Source: Ginglymostoma cirratum (lineage: Eukaryota). Taken from it: a stretch of 64,000 bases of DNA. Position 1 is the first letter of the stretch. Each line of letters begins with the position of its first letter. This document shows, piece by piece, positions 53,396 to 64,000 of this stretch. The stretch covers positions 19,658,213 to 19,722,212 of the forward strand of contig JAHRHZ010000059.1 in the NCBI GenBank assembly GCA_024137785.1, given 5' to 3'. A program made the position numbers and the translations under genes. The notes beneath the pieces were generated by a model. It saw only the letters and a program-made list of their open reading frames with translations. It did no database searches and was not told the DNA's origin.

Positions 53396-54139
53396 GTTAT
53401 GTTATTATAACCATGCTCTTCCCCCTATATGCACTGGAGAACAATCAGGAAGGGGAATCATTTCCCATTTCTGGACACGCCACCTCAACACACTCCTAAA
53501 AGATGCAAGGTGAAATACCACATTTAAAGCACTACTGCCATTGACCGAACTATCATGGAAAATCTTTGTAGGAAGGTAGCAGCATAATATATCCCATTCC
53601 AAAGACCAAGATCAATTAAGAGAATTTCTGGAAAAAGGCTGAGTTTGATTTTCTAACTGGGTCCAATTTTAAAAGCCCAACTTTGAGTGTCAGGATTCAA
53701 TGTAGGTAGCAAAATATCTCTCTGCCCAAATAAACTCATGGAATTTTCGGAGGGTTTCTGATAGTTCCAATTCATCTCACTTACACAAGACCACAGTTTA
53801 ATCTCGGTGTGTTCAAACAAAAGGTGACAACCAGTCAGCCTGCTCTCCAGAGCGTTAACACTTCTCAAACAACATTTAACATCCCTGAACTGGTCTTTCC
53901 GAAAGGGCACACGATGCTGTCCCATCCGGCTAGATATGAAAACCACCTTGACCGCGCGTGGTCTTTTTTCTTTCAGTTTCAAACTTCGGTCCGGCGCTTT
54001 ACTCCTTTCTTTTTGCAAGGTACCTGGGATTGGCTTCGTGACCAGACCTGCTGGGGAGCAGAGGAGGGCGCGTTTGCCCATTCAATAAGCGTCTGATGCA
54101 AAAATGTTGCAAACTTGCAGCAGATCTGGCGGTATCCTT

Positions 54140-54260
54140 CTCCTGAAAGCTCCCAGACCTGAAACGTTAACTGTTTCTCTCTCCGCAGCAACTGTCTGAC
54201 CTGCTAAGCAGTTTTTGTGTTGTGTATATCTTAGGTTTCCAGCATCTGCAGTTTGGATTT
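54140..54260 (+). mobile_element. Family B-like single arm
   Basis: GACCTGAAACGTTAACTGTTTCTCTCTCC...GACCTGCT...TTTCCAGCATCTGCAG. Confidence 0.55.
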
Positions 54261-54879
54261 TAGACTTTCCTTTCTGTCTCTCTGTTTTCTCCGAGGAGAT
54301 CCCACTCTCTACCCACTCAATGAAGAAGCACTGGCGGCGGGCAAGCTGTCCAGGATATTTAAAACAAAAACTGAGAGCGGGACTAAACAAAGGTTTGACA
54401 AACGTTCTGGGGAGATTGACGGAAATTCGGATTAAGAATAAGGGCCAGTTTCTCCAGCCAGCTTTCTAAGCAAAAAATCAACAGGACAACTAAGAAAGTA
54501 CGGAAGAATAGAGAAATGAGGTATTTAAACTAAAACGGACAAGGGAAGAGGGGGAATCAGAACACACGTATCGTGTCGGTGTCTGGAATGAGATAGATCA
54601 GATAGTCGGGGGTGTGGGGTGGTGGGGGGGGATGGGGGGCGCATTTGGAGGTTAGGGCTGAATTGGGACCTATTGGATCTGTCACTCGGTGCAGAGGTGA
54701 GGTATGAATTAACAGGGCTATAAATAAGACTAATAAACAGCTCTATTAATCCTAATGCATGTTCTCTCTGGGCGCTCCCAGGAGATGTCTAATGCATACA
54801 TGTGTACAGAAATGATAACGAACGTCGTCTGAATTATAAAATGACCGGGTATTCACAACGTCAGAAATAAAACAAAGAT

Positions 54880-55160
54880 CGGAAATGCACACAGCAGAAT
54901 TTGTTGGAGAAACTCAGCAGGCCTCAACAAGGGTCACCGGACTTCAAACGTTAACTCAACTTTCTATCTCCAGAGACGCTGAAGAAGGGTCCCGACTCGA
55001 AACGTCAGTTTTCCTGCTCCTCTGATGCTTCCTGGCCTGCTGTGTTCCTCCAGCTCCGCACTGTGTTGTCTCAGACTCCAGCATCGGCAGTTCTTACTCG
55101 CCCTGCCGGACCTGCTTGAGTTTCTCCAGCAATTTCTGGTTGTGTGTAATCCACAGCATC
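54880..55160 (+). mobile_element. Family B palindromic element with a nested family A variant (54979-55098)
   Basis: B-type arms (GGAGAAACTCAGCAGG / CCTGCTTGAGTTTCTCC) are interrupted by CTGAAGAAGGGTCCCGACTCGAAACGTC (hammerhead core 54979-55006) and the A-type tail. Confidence 0.65.
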
Positions 55161-57689
55161 AGTCCGCCTTCCATCAGCATTATGGATTAGCGTGTATGTT
55201 ATGAATTTGGTGTGTGCATTAAGGATTGGCTTGTGTTTTATGGATTGACGTGTGTATTGTGGGTTCGGTGTCACACAGCGATTTCAAGCGCTCGGTGGGG
55301 TTTACATATTTGTCCAGACATTTGTGAACTGGACCTTGTTCAAAGTTCTGACTACTGGCGGTAAATGCATACCCCTTACCCCACTCGGATATCTGAGGAG
55401 TGCAGTTTTTTTTAAAGTAACAGTTCTCCAGTTCTGTCTGACGGAGAAACCCTATGACAGTATGTAGGAAGTTCTCTGTGTCACATACACAGCATCAGTC
55501 ACCCTGTTTACACTCTTAAACAGAACCTTTTTTTCTAAAAAAATACAAAAATCCACTGTGATGTAATGACGTTAGATGAAGATCGTCTCTCAAATGAATG
55601 AGTCACTTCATAGCTGTAAACATTCCCGATGCCAGCCACAATGCAGGAAGACGAAAGGGGAGTGAGTGAGAGAGAGAGAGAGAGAGAGAGCCCTTGCATG
55701 AGCGACTGTGAAGTCATTCACTCGGAAGAACTGACTTGCTGCAAGATGCTTTAAATCGGGCGCCCGGAGCCTCCTCTCGCGTTTTGTTTCACACATGCAA
55801 AGATTAACTTCTGGTCTCTCCGGGATTGCTCACTCAGTGAAATGATTCGCCTTTCCTTCCCGTTCGGCACTTTTTCATCAAATCCCGCTGACAGGAGCAG
55901 CCGGGTTTTGGGGTGCAGCAGCGTGGTCTAATGCAACATTCTCCATCAGGTAAAGGGGAGTGGGGAGCTCTGAAATTTCACTCATTTGATCATTTGAGTT
56001 GTTCAATTGCAGCGAGCCAATTGCTACTTTTGATTACAGGATGGAAGATTTATTTGATATACTTTCATTTACTCTTAACCTTTATTCTATCCCCAGTACA
56101 TCCTTCTTTCTCTGTTTCTTTATTTTCATTCAGTATACACATCTCTTTATCCCCTAATACACAGCCATGTCCCAGAATCGTTACTACATTTTCTCTTGTC
56201 ATACACTTGTTCTGCCGCCGGTTTTAAATTTCCTTCTCTCTCCCTCTTACACTTTATCTTGTTCTTACACTGCCTCTTCCCACTGTGCACGGCGTCACAC
56301 CTGTACGGTCTGTATTGTTTTTAAAACTTTTGTTTTCGGTATATTGATGGTTTAAAGTTGTAAATTGAAGTGGTTGTTGCGTGTGTGTGTGTTTGTCTCG
56401 GGGGGGAGGTGACGGGGGGGGGGGGTGAGTGTTGTTAGGGGGAGGAGGGAGCTGATTCCGATCTGTGCTGAGCCGAGTTTCAGGATGATTTTACTTTTCT
56501 CTCTCTCTCTCGCGTTCCGAGAGAGTTGTACAAAGAAGCCGTTGTAAAAGCAAGTCGGAAAATTCAACCCTCTGGCCTTTTGCTGTGTTGACCAGGAGTT
56601 GGCGCTCTGTGCTTTCTCTCTCTCTCTCTCTTTCTCTGTCGAACATATCAGACCCAATCTTGTTTCGTTCAGGGGGTGGGTGTGTGTGTCTCCGAGGTTG
56701 GGGGGGGGGGGGGGGGGCAAGAGATCCCAAAGCGGGTGGCAAGTGCTTTCCCGACATTGCATCCCTGAGTGACCTCTCTGCTTGAAATCCTGACTGATGG
56801 AACCAAACCAGAACAAAACAACCGAAGAAAATAAAAGTCTGAGCTAAACTCTCAGACTTTGGTCCTGTCACTGAAGTACTGAGGGGGAGCGCACCATTCT
56901 CCGACTCAATTTCCCGCCCCCCCCCCCCCCCCCATCCGCCCTTACCCTCTGGGGATGAATGGAACCTCGTATTGCGTGTGGATTTCTGAGAGCCCGGCCG
57001 TGTCTCTCCCAGCGTGAGTTCCCAATACCATCGCTGTAAGCGCCGAGATGATATCTCCGCATGAACAAGAGTAAATAAACCTCGCACGTACTGTAGAGGA
57101 GAAGTTCCTGATTTCTGGATCGCCTTAAGAAGTGTTCCTAGGATCTTTTAATTTGTGGGGGTTGGGGGGAGGTGGTGGCGGAATGGACAGAACTATAGTT
57201 CAGAATTCAATTAATTGCGATGACTTCTCCACCCCCCCCCCCCAACTCAGAGCTCGACTATCTTATCAACGGGATCTGGCCTTTAGAATGACCGACCCCA
57301 TTGATCGGTAGATTTGGTTTGGATAAACACCGGGGTCGGAAAGCGCGCTGGACTGGGCCAGTCTGGAGGGCGTTGGGGGGTGGGGGGTTGGTATCTATGT
57401 GTGAAAGGATATTTTAAAGAGGCGCGTGTGGTTAACAAAAAAAAGATGGCATTTATATTTTGCAGCACTGAGTTCCCATTTCTCTATCCCACCACCAAGC
57501 CTCCCCCCCCCCCCACACACACACACCAAAAAAAAGCATAAAATCACGCAAGGTCCAATTTGCTGCCCCGGCGTTAATCCTCTTCGCAGAGAAATGTTTT
57601 GTGCTATTCCACCCCCAACTCAAGTCAAAGATCCAAACTCTTGCTCTGGTCTCAATGTCGAGATTGTGACAGGAATCAATTATCGCATT

Positions 57690-57890
57690 TGATTGGCACC
57701 AAACGTCATTGACGTGACATCAGCCGGCAAGCAGAACGTATATATATAAAGCCCCTTTCAATTACTTATGCAACAGAAGCGGGAATCAGCGTTTTAAACA
57801 AAAATCTTGTTGAATATATATATATATATATAAACCCTTCACTCACCCTAGATTGTGTGTTTGTTGTGCGTGACTATATATATATGGGCC
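57690..57890 (+). promoter_or_regulatory. Candidate BMP2 core promoter
   Basis: Inverted CCAAT (GATTGG near 57692), ACGTCA/TGACGT CRE-like sites 57705-57716, and TATA-like runs near 57740-57749, 57813-57832 and 57876-57886, upstream of the CpG-rich exon. Confidence 0.5.
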
Positions 57891-58558
57891 ACTGTGTTAA
57901 GACATGATGGACTTTTCTATAGCGCTCATTGCCCAGGGCTTTGTGAGTAAACCGGACGATTTGCTTGGACTCCGTCGCCGTTTTCGTGTGTATTTTCGAC
58001 ACAGAGATCTGAAAGCAATGTTCTGACCCCCTCTTCGCCTGCTGTTGATGGGCGTGAAGGGCTGCACTGTCCTCTGGAGAGCTTCCCAACGCCCGGGCAA
58101 GGAAGGAAGAGTGCGAAAGTGTGGATTAAACAGCGAGCAAATGCGGGGCATAGGGAAGAGCGGAGAGGAGCTGGTTCGATTCCTGGTCCCTGGACAGGAA
58201 TAGCTCGGCGGAATCCCGCGGCGGTGCCAGACTCAGAAGGGATAAACCGAGGCGAGGGTCAGAGAAGGAACCGAATTCACCTCCTTCCTCCCACCAGCCC
58301 ACATCAACAACCCTCCCTCCCTTTTTCTGGATGTAAAAAAAAAGCAGCCGCGGTGAAGAAAGAAATAATCGCCTGAACTTTTCATCTCCCGCCTCTCAAA
58401 ACCAGATGTTCCGGCGCCTCGATTTGCGGGAGGGGGGGACCAGAGTGAACCGGGGACGGGGCTAGCGGAGGGCGGCAGCGCCCGCGGACCGAGTCGGACC
58501 TGCCCGCGTTTGAATGGACCGCTGCTTTCTCTGAGCGGGGCGCCTGTTCAAGGGAAAG
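57880..58558 (+). other. BMP2: Putative non-coding exon 1 (5'UTR) of BMP2; 5' end uncertain
   Basis: GC/CpG-rich segment ending in donor GGAAAG|GTAACG (GT at 58559-58560). Vertebrate BMP2 has a non-coding first exon spliced to an exon starting 7 nt before the ATG. Confidence 0.6.
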
Positions 58559-59510
58559 GTAACGCGGGCACAGGAACAAGTGTGTGTTTGTGAGAGAGAG
58601 AGAGAGAGAGTGAGTGCATTCTGCTACAGCCTAACCCAGGACTCAGGAAAGAGACAGAGCACCTGTACGTCTGCTGTCCTTCCAGACAACCCCCACCACT
58701 CCTCTCAACTGTCTGATGTGTCCCACTCCAGACAGATAAAGCAGCTCAGACAAACATAAACAAGGCGGCTCTCTCTCACACACACACGTGTGTGTGCATT
58801 TTTTTTTGGTCTCCCTTGCTTTATTTAATTCCTTAGTTTTCCTCCTAAGAAAATTATGTCATTCCACTTCTTGGTTGCTGACTCATTCAGAATTAAAGTT
58901 AGATTTTTTTTTAACTAGTCTGCTTCTATGTTTTTGTTTCACTCTTTACACACTGGAAGGAAAATCTTTTTTGTTTCAAATTTTACATCTTTCCACTCCT
59001 TAACCTTATGTCATTATATTGCTCTCCCTATTTTTGCCCCCTTAAGTCTCTGATCTGTGTGTGTTTGTGTGTGTGTGTGTTTTACTATTTGTGATCCCGT
59101 AATAAACCCCGTTTCTCTCTCTTCCCCCCCGTCTCAGAGACACGATGACCGCCGGTAGACGTTCTCTGATGGCGCTCTTGCTCTGTCAGGTTTTATTCGG
59201 AGGCTCGGCCGGACTCATCCCCGAGGTGGGCCGCAAGAGATTCGCCGAGCAGTACGCGAACTCGGCTCCCCCGCAGACTGAGGACCTGCTGCAGGAGTTC
59301 GAACTGCGGTTCCTCAACATGTTCGGCCTCCGGCGCCGCCCTCACCCCGCCAGGAACGCAGTCATCCCTCAGTACATGGTGGACCTGTACCGGCTGCACT
59401 CGGGCGAGGAAACCGAGCGGGGACAGGCGACTGACACCTGGGTGCTGTCCCAGTTCCCCGAGAGGTCGGCCAGTCACGCCAATACCGTCAGGAGTTTCCA
59501 CCATGAAGGT
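57950..59510. promoter_or_regulatory. CpG-island-like region over BMP2 exon 1 and the first coding exon
   Basis: CG dinucleotides are visibly frequent (57950-58570, 59140-59510) compared with the CpG-depleted upstream desert. Confidence 0.65.
59145..59508 (+). CDS. BMP2: BMP2 coding exon 1 (signal peptide and N-terminal prodomain)
   Basis: MTAGRRSLMALLLCQVLFGGSAGLIPEVGRKRFA...EFELRFLNMFGLRRRP...YMVDLYRLHSG...ANTVRSFHHE matches the BMP2 N-terminus. Polypyrimidine tract and AG at 59136-59137, 7 nt before the ATG. Phase-1 donor G|GTAAGG at 59508/59509. Confidence 0.96.
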
Positions 59511-59747
59511 AAGGGGGAGGAAAGGTGAGGCGACTCAGGTAGCCTCAGTGACACCTCACACACACATACACCAACAAAAAAAAGCCCCAAGCTCTCTCAG
59601 TCTGGGGGATAAGATCAAAACCTGTCACACAAATCATCCCTAGGCGACAACGTAGCCACATACAACACACAGGTAAACTTCAGCTCTATAGGTGCACAGC
59701 AGACAACTCCATGCACGCTCCTGTCCATAGATCTCGGCACGGATTCT

Positions 59748-60205
59748 GTTTATCCTTCACTGTTTTGTACATATAGTGTCAAGATTCTTGATCCTTCACC
59801 ATTATATGTATAGAGACAGGACTCTACCCTTCTCTGTGTTATATATATTTAGGATCAAGAGTCTTTATCATTCTGTATTCCATATATATAGAGTCAGGAG
59901 TCTTTATCCTTCTGTTTTATACATAGAGAGTCAGGACTCTTTGTTCTTCACTAATTTATATATATATTTAGGGTCAGGAATCTTTATCCTTCAGTATTAT
60001 ATGTATATATACATGTAAGGTCAGGAGTCTGTTTAGTCTTCCCTATTGTATATAGGGTCAGGGGTCTTTGTCCTTCTCTGTCATATGTATAGGATTAAGA
60101 GTCTTTATCCTTCACTATTTTCTATATATTTAGGGTCAAGAGTCTTTATCCTTCAGTATTTAATACGTACTTATAGGGTCAGGAGTATGTTTATCTTTCA
60201 CTATC
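59748..60205. repeat. Intronic minisatellite, ~30-38 bp unit (GGTCAGGAGTCTTTATCCTTC + TA-rich spacer), about 13 copies
   Basis: Seen directly in BMP2 intron 2. Confidence 0.9.
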
Positions 60206-60289
60206 TAGACAGCCTACCTATTCTTGGGGGGTGCCTGCTTGAAATCAAGATTGCACACTTGTACTATCCATCTCACCGATACTCTTTTG

Positions 60290-60382
60290 AAACAAAAAAC
60301 AGTGTTGGAGAAACTCAGCAGGTCTGGCAGTAACTGTGGACAGAGAAAGCAGGGTTGTTGTTCCGAGACCAGTGACTCTTCT
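60290..60382 (-). mobile_element. Family B-like fragment in BMP2 intron 2
   Basis: GGAGAAACTCAGCAGGTCTGGCAG...GTGGACAGAGAAA...CCAGTGACTCTTC. Confidence 0.55.
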
Positions 60383-62758
60383 TGCGTTCCCTGTGACTTG
60401 GTGACTGTGCTCTCACAGCTCGTTGAGCTTTAAGCGGGTACAAACTCCCTCATTCTCTCTCTCTGTCTTCCCACTGTTAATGTTAGACGTGTCTGCGGTA
60501 GGGTTTATTGTTTTGGGGTCGTGTGCCTCAGAAATGGAGGGGAGAAAAAACACCGTCTTTGCCAACTCAAATACATCGCGTGTTTTACAGCAGAATGGGA
60601 TACTTGGTAAATGATTGGCTTAATTTTGTTTTTGACGCGTACATTCCAGTCGATTAACCGTGCAATGTAAATGACCATAAATATTTGTCCCGAGGAGCTC
60701 CCGAGCCTTATCTTATCAGGGTTTCACTTCTTGTTTGCTGACAGACTTTTTACCTTGATTTTGCCGGAACCCTTCGTTTCAGGAGGAATGTCACATCTAT
60801 TTAGCAGAGATCACACAAACACACACATAGGTACCACGAATTTGATACTTTAAAATTCCCTCCCACCTACACGCACGCCGGAGAACGAATCCTTTGGTCG
60901 TTTCATGCAGATCTCTGAATTATTGATATTGAGTCCCTGCAGAATTTTAGCAATGCTGTAATTGCTATGAAGACCATATGGGGCGGGGTTGGCGTGTGTG
61001 TGGTTTTTTTTATGGGGGGCTGATGTTATCTATACACGTTTCCTCCACGAGGGTGGCGGGAGATGAGATCCTTAGCTAAGTGGATTAAATTTGATCCCCA
61101 AGTACTTTCATTCGGCTGTAGTGGGACCCAGATCTCGCGCCTGTTGGAGTGGTAACTCTCATCCATCTCGACGCGTACATCCCTGAATTCGGGTTATACG
61201 TGTCTTAAAAGTTTGCAAGGCTGTTACACATCAAATAGGATTCACACGCATGACTTTCTGCACGAGGATACGGAATCAGTATCTCTCCCCACCCCGCTAA
61301 AGAAAAACGACAGCCAGTCTTATTAAAGCACCGTGTTCAGAGAGGGAATTCTAATGCTGCGTCTGATGCCAATCTTCTATCTCTCGCTGTTTCGGTATCT
61401 ACGAGATCCTAAGGCCCGTAACGCTCCATGCAGACTCAGGAGCTGTTTTCCTTGTCTCATACCAAGTTTATTTAAAGTAACCCGGTTAAACCCTCGCACA
61501 CACACGACAGACACATACGCACACAAACTGCACACGCACACTGGCACTTCAATTTTATTTCAAACCTATTCAGATTCAGTTACAAACGCAGTTCATTGAC
61601 CCCACCCACCACATCCCAGCTGAAAACAAGCGTGAAACAGTGACCCTGTAAATTAAGCATGGGGTGGATAATCCTAGAACAAGGGCAAGTCCTGAAAAAG
61701 TTAGCGCTGTGTGTTCCCGGCTGTGTTAATACCCATGCAGCACACTTGAACAAATGCACAGATGGGCACATTGGCAGTGAGTTAAGCAATGCAGCGTGTT
61801 TAGAATGTGAATGGATCTATTTAAAATGTTGCTGCAGGGGCTAAACCATTGAAAGGTAATTACAGAATACGGTGCAATCTCTTGTATGAGCCAGCGAGTT
61901 TACAAGTGGCACCATGCTTTGGTCTAGATCAGTATTGTGCTGGTATTAGTCAGGAGAGTTGCACATGATTTAGTCAGAATGCATTGCCCACCTTCCCACC
62001 CAACCCCTTATAATTCTTTGCACCTTTGTGGCAAGTCAGTCTTGGGTTGTAAAGTATTAAATGCACCCTCCAAACAATTCAGCAAAGCTGAGTGAATGAA
62101 CACTGTTCATTTTTTGCAGGTTTTACAGAGGAATTCTTGGCTACTCAAATATCTCAGGTTATATTCCCCACACAGACCCATTTCTTGGAATGTGGTCATG
62201 TTCTGTCTGTGGTGAATGACACTGATGCAAAAGTAAGGAAATCAGTTAGATTACCAAGCATGAGACCAGTGGGGGCTCCCTGGTTATGTTTGCTATTCCC
62301 AATTGCTGAGGGTTAAAACCAAAAGTAAACTGATCATCTTAAATATCTTTTGTTTCCAATGCAAACCTGCCCTCAAACAATCACATGCAAATATCATTTC
62401 AAAGTCTACAGTGTGATGAAGTAAGGAAGTAGATTGTATTGTGTTTTGAACATAATCAGCTTAGTCAGGTTATTTACTTACAATCATTTCTCATATTAAA
62501 CGGTTCAGATATACCACAGTTTTAATGTATTATCAGTTATGACAGATTACTCGGGAGAAAATCATCTTTTATTGAAAGCGTCCAATGATGAGATTAGTAT
62601 TTAACATTTATGTTGATATTGTGGTTAATACATTTTGTAATCATTAACTCAAACATTGAGTAGTTGTGATTTATGTGTTACCATATGGTATCAGATTAGC
62701 CTCACCAGTGAGCTTTGCAATGTGGCTAGTGGTGATTCTGATGTCTTTCTCATTTTAG

Positions 62759-63603
62759 AACTACTGGAGAATTTGCCTGGAGCCAGGGGAGAGGTAGTCC
62801 GTCGTTTTTTCTTCAATTTAAACTCTATACCGAGGGAGGAGCTCATCACCTCGGCAGAACTGAGGATCTACCGCCAGCGGGAACAAGAAGCCTGCGCAAA
62901 CTCCAGCAGCGGTTACCATCGCATCAATGTTTATGAGATTCTCAAAGCAACGGGGTCCTCGTCCAGTGATCCCATTACCCGGTTGCTGGACACAAAGGTG
63001 GTGCATCACAATGTGAGCAAATGGGAGAGCTTTGATGTCAGCCCTTCTGTTATGAGATGGACTGCGCAGGGCCAGCCCAACCATGGGTTTATGGTGGAAG
63101 TCATTCACTTGGACAAAGAGTGCAGACATTCAAAGCGACATGTCAGGATCAGTCGGTCTTTGCATCAAGATGAAGAAAGCTGGCCTCAGATGAGGCCTTT
63201 ATTGGTGACGTTTAGCCACAATGGTAAAGGACACACTCTTGAGAAAAGAGTGAGGCGTCAGGTCAAACACAAGCCGAAGAAGAGGTCCAAGTCGAGCTGC
63301 AAGAGGCATCCCTTATACGTAGATTTCAGTGACGTGGGGTGGAATGACTGGATAGTGGCACCTCCAGGATATCATGCCTTTTACTGCCAAGGAGAGTGCC
63401 CTTTTCCACTAGCAGATCACTTAAACTCAACAAACCATGCCATTGTGCAGACATTGGTGAACTCAGTTAATGCAAACATTCCCAGGGCATGCTGTGTCCC
63501 CACGGACCTCAGTCCCATTTCAATGCTTTATCTTGATGAGTACGACAAAGTTGTATTAAAGAACTACCAAGATATGGTTGTGGAGGGTTGTGGATGTCGT
63601 TAA
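62759..63603 (+). CDS. BMP2: BMP2 coding exon 2 (rest of prodomain and TGF-beta cystine-knot mature ligand)
   Basis: Acceptor tctttctcattttAG at 62757-62758 is phase-compatible (G+AA = Glu). S2 site RISR 63145-63156, furin site RVRR 63247-63258. The mature peptide [31 protein letters not shown]...[11 protein letters not shown] is 114 aa, the BMP2 length. Total CDS 1209 nt = 402 aa plus stop. Confidence 0.97.
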
Positions 63604-63630
63604 AGCAGAAAAAGAAATTTATCACAAAAA

Positions 63631-63950
63631 ACTTGACACTTTACTATTTCCCAATGAAGACACTATTTATATAAAAATTAACAAAATAGAAACATCTATT
63701 TTGAAAATATATTTATGGTTACTTAAAAAGAAATTGGGAAAATAAATATTTTAATCAGAGAATTGTTCCTTTTAAATGATGTTTAATTGTATTTCAGATG
63801 TACATGTTTATACGGGTTTAACCCCCAACACATGAAGTATAATGGTCGAATTCCTATTTTGTATTTATTGCTATTGTAACCACTTTTTAGAAAATAGCTA
63901 ATTTGTATTTATATGTAATCAAAGATAAATATAGGGTTTGTACATAAATC
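63631..63950 (+). promoter_or_regulatory. BMP2 3'UTR ultra-conserved AU-rich element
   Basis: Blocks TTGACACTTT..TATTTCCCAATGAAGAC, CTATTTTGAAAATATATTTAT, AATATTTTAATCAGAGAATT, CACATGAAGTATAATGGTC, ATAGCTAATTTGTATTTATATGTAATCAAA and GGGTTTGTACATAA correspond to the mammalian BMP2 3'UTR as I recall it. Confidence 0.85.
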
Positions 63951-64000
63951 GCCAATCCACATCTGTCTGAAGTCTATATGCTTGAAAGAAAACTGCAATG

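Noticed and set aside
53653-54096. 142-aa and 95-aa overlapping ORFs
   Set aside because: No recognisable homology or convincing exon structure.
56352-57087. 154-aa and 198-aa minus-strand ORFs
   Set aside because: Stop-poor low-complexity G/C and GA repeats in the promoter region.
59509-59528. C-terminal GKGEER of the 127-aa ORF
   Set aside because: Lies past the GT donor in intron 2.
59748-60205. Repeat-spacer appearance (CRISPR-like)
   Set aside because: Eukaryotic intron, degenerate units, low-complexity TA spacers, no cas genes.
62656-62758. N-terminal part of the 315-aa ORF
   Set aside because: Intronic read-through; homology and the splice acceptor start at 62759.

Overview
Eukaryotic (vertebrate) genomic DNA, almost certainly from a shark, judged by elasmobranch HE1/V-SINEs, DeuSINE-like SINEs and HER1/CR1 LINEs. 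The only host gene is BMP2 on the + strand: a putative non-coding exon 1 ending at 58558, coding exons 59145-59508 and 62759-63603 (402-aa precursor, 114-aa mature ligand), and an AU-rich 3'UTR matching the vertebrate BMP2 conserved element. The upstream ~55 kb is a gene desert full of SINEs, LINE fragments, solo LTRs and a few CNE-like unique blocks. The most striking non-obvious signal is about 15 short insertions from two related Penelope-like families. Most carry a minimal hammerhead-ribozyme motif (CTGANGA-A-stem II-GAAACGTH), intact or decayed. Many are palindromic, with one arm carrying an extra ~35-nt tail, and five have 9-15 bp target-site duplications. Their truncation or inversion points cluster just 5' of the ribozyme core. 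One copy had its hairpin tip repaired with an inverted copy of its own downstream flank, and another sits across the only assembly gap. Repeat boundaries were read by eye and are approximate. Comparisons with human sequences are from memory, not from searches.
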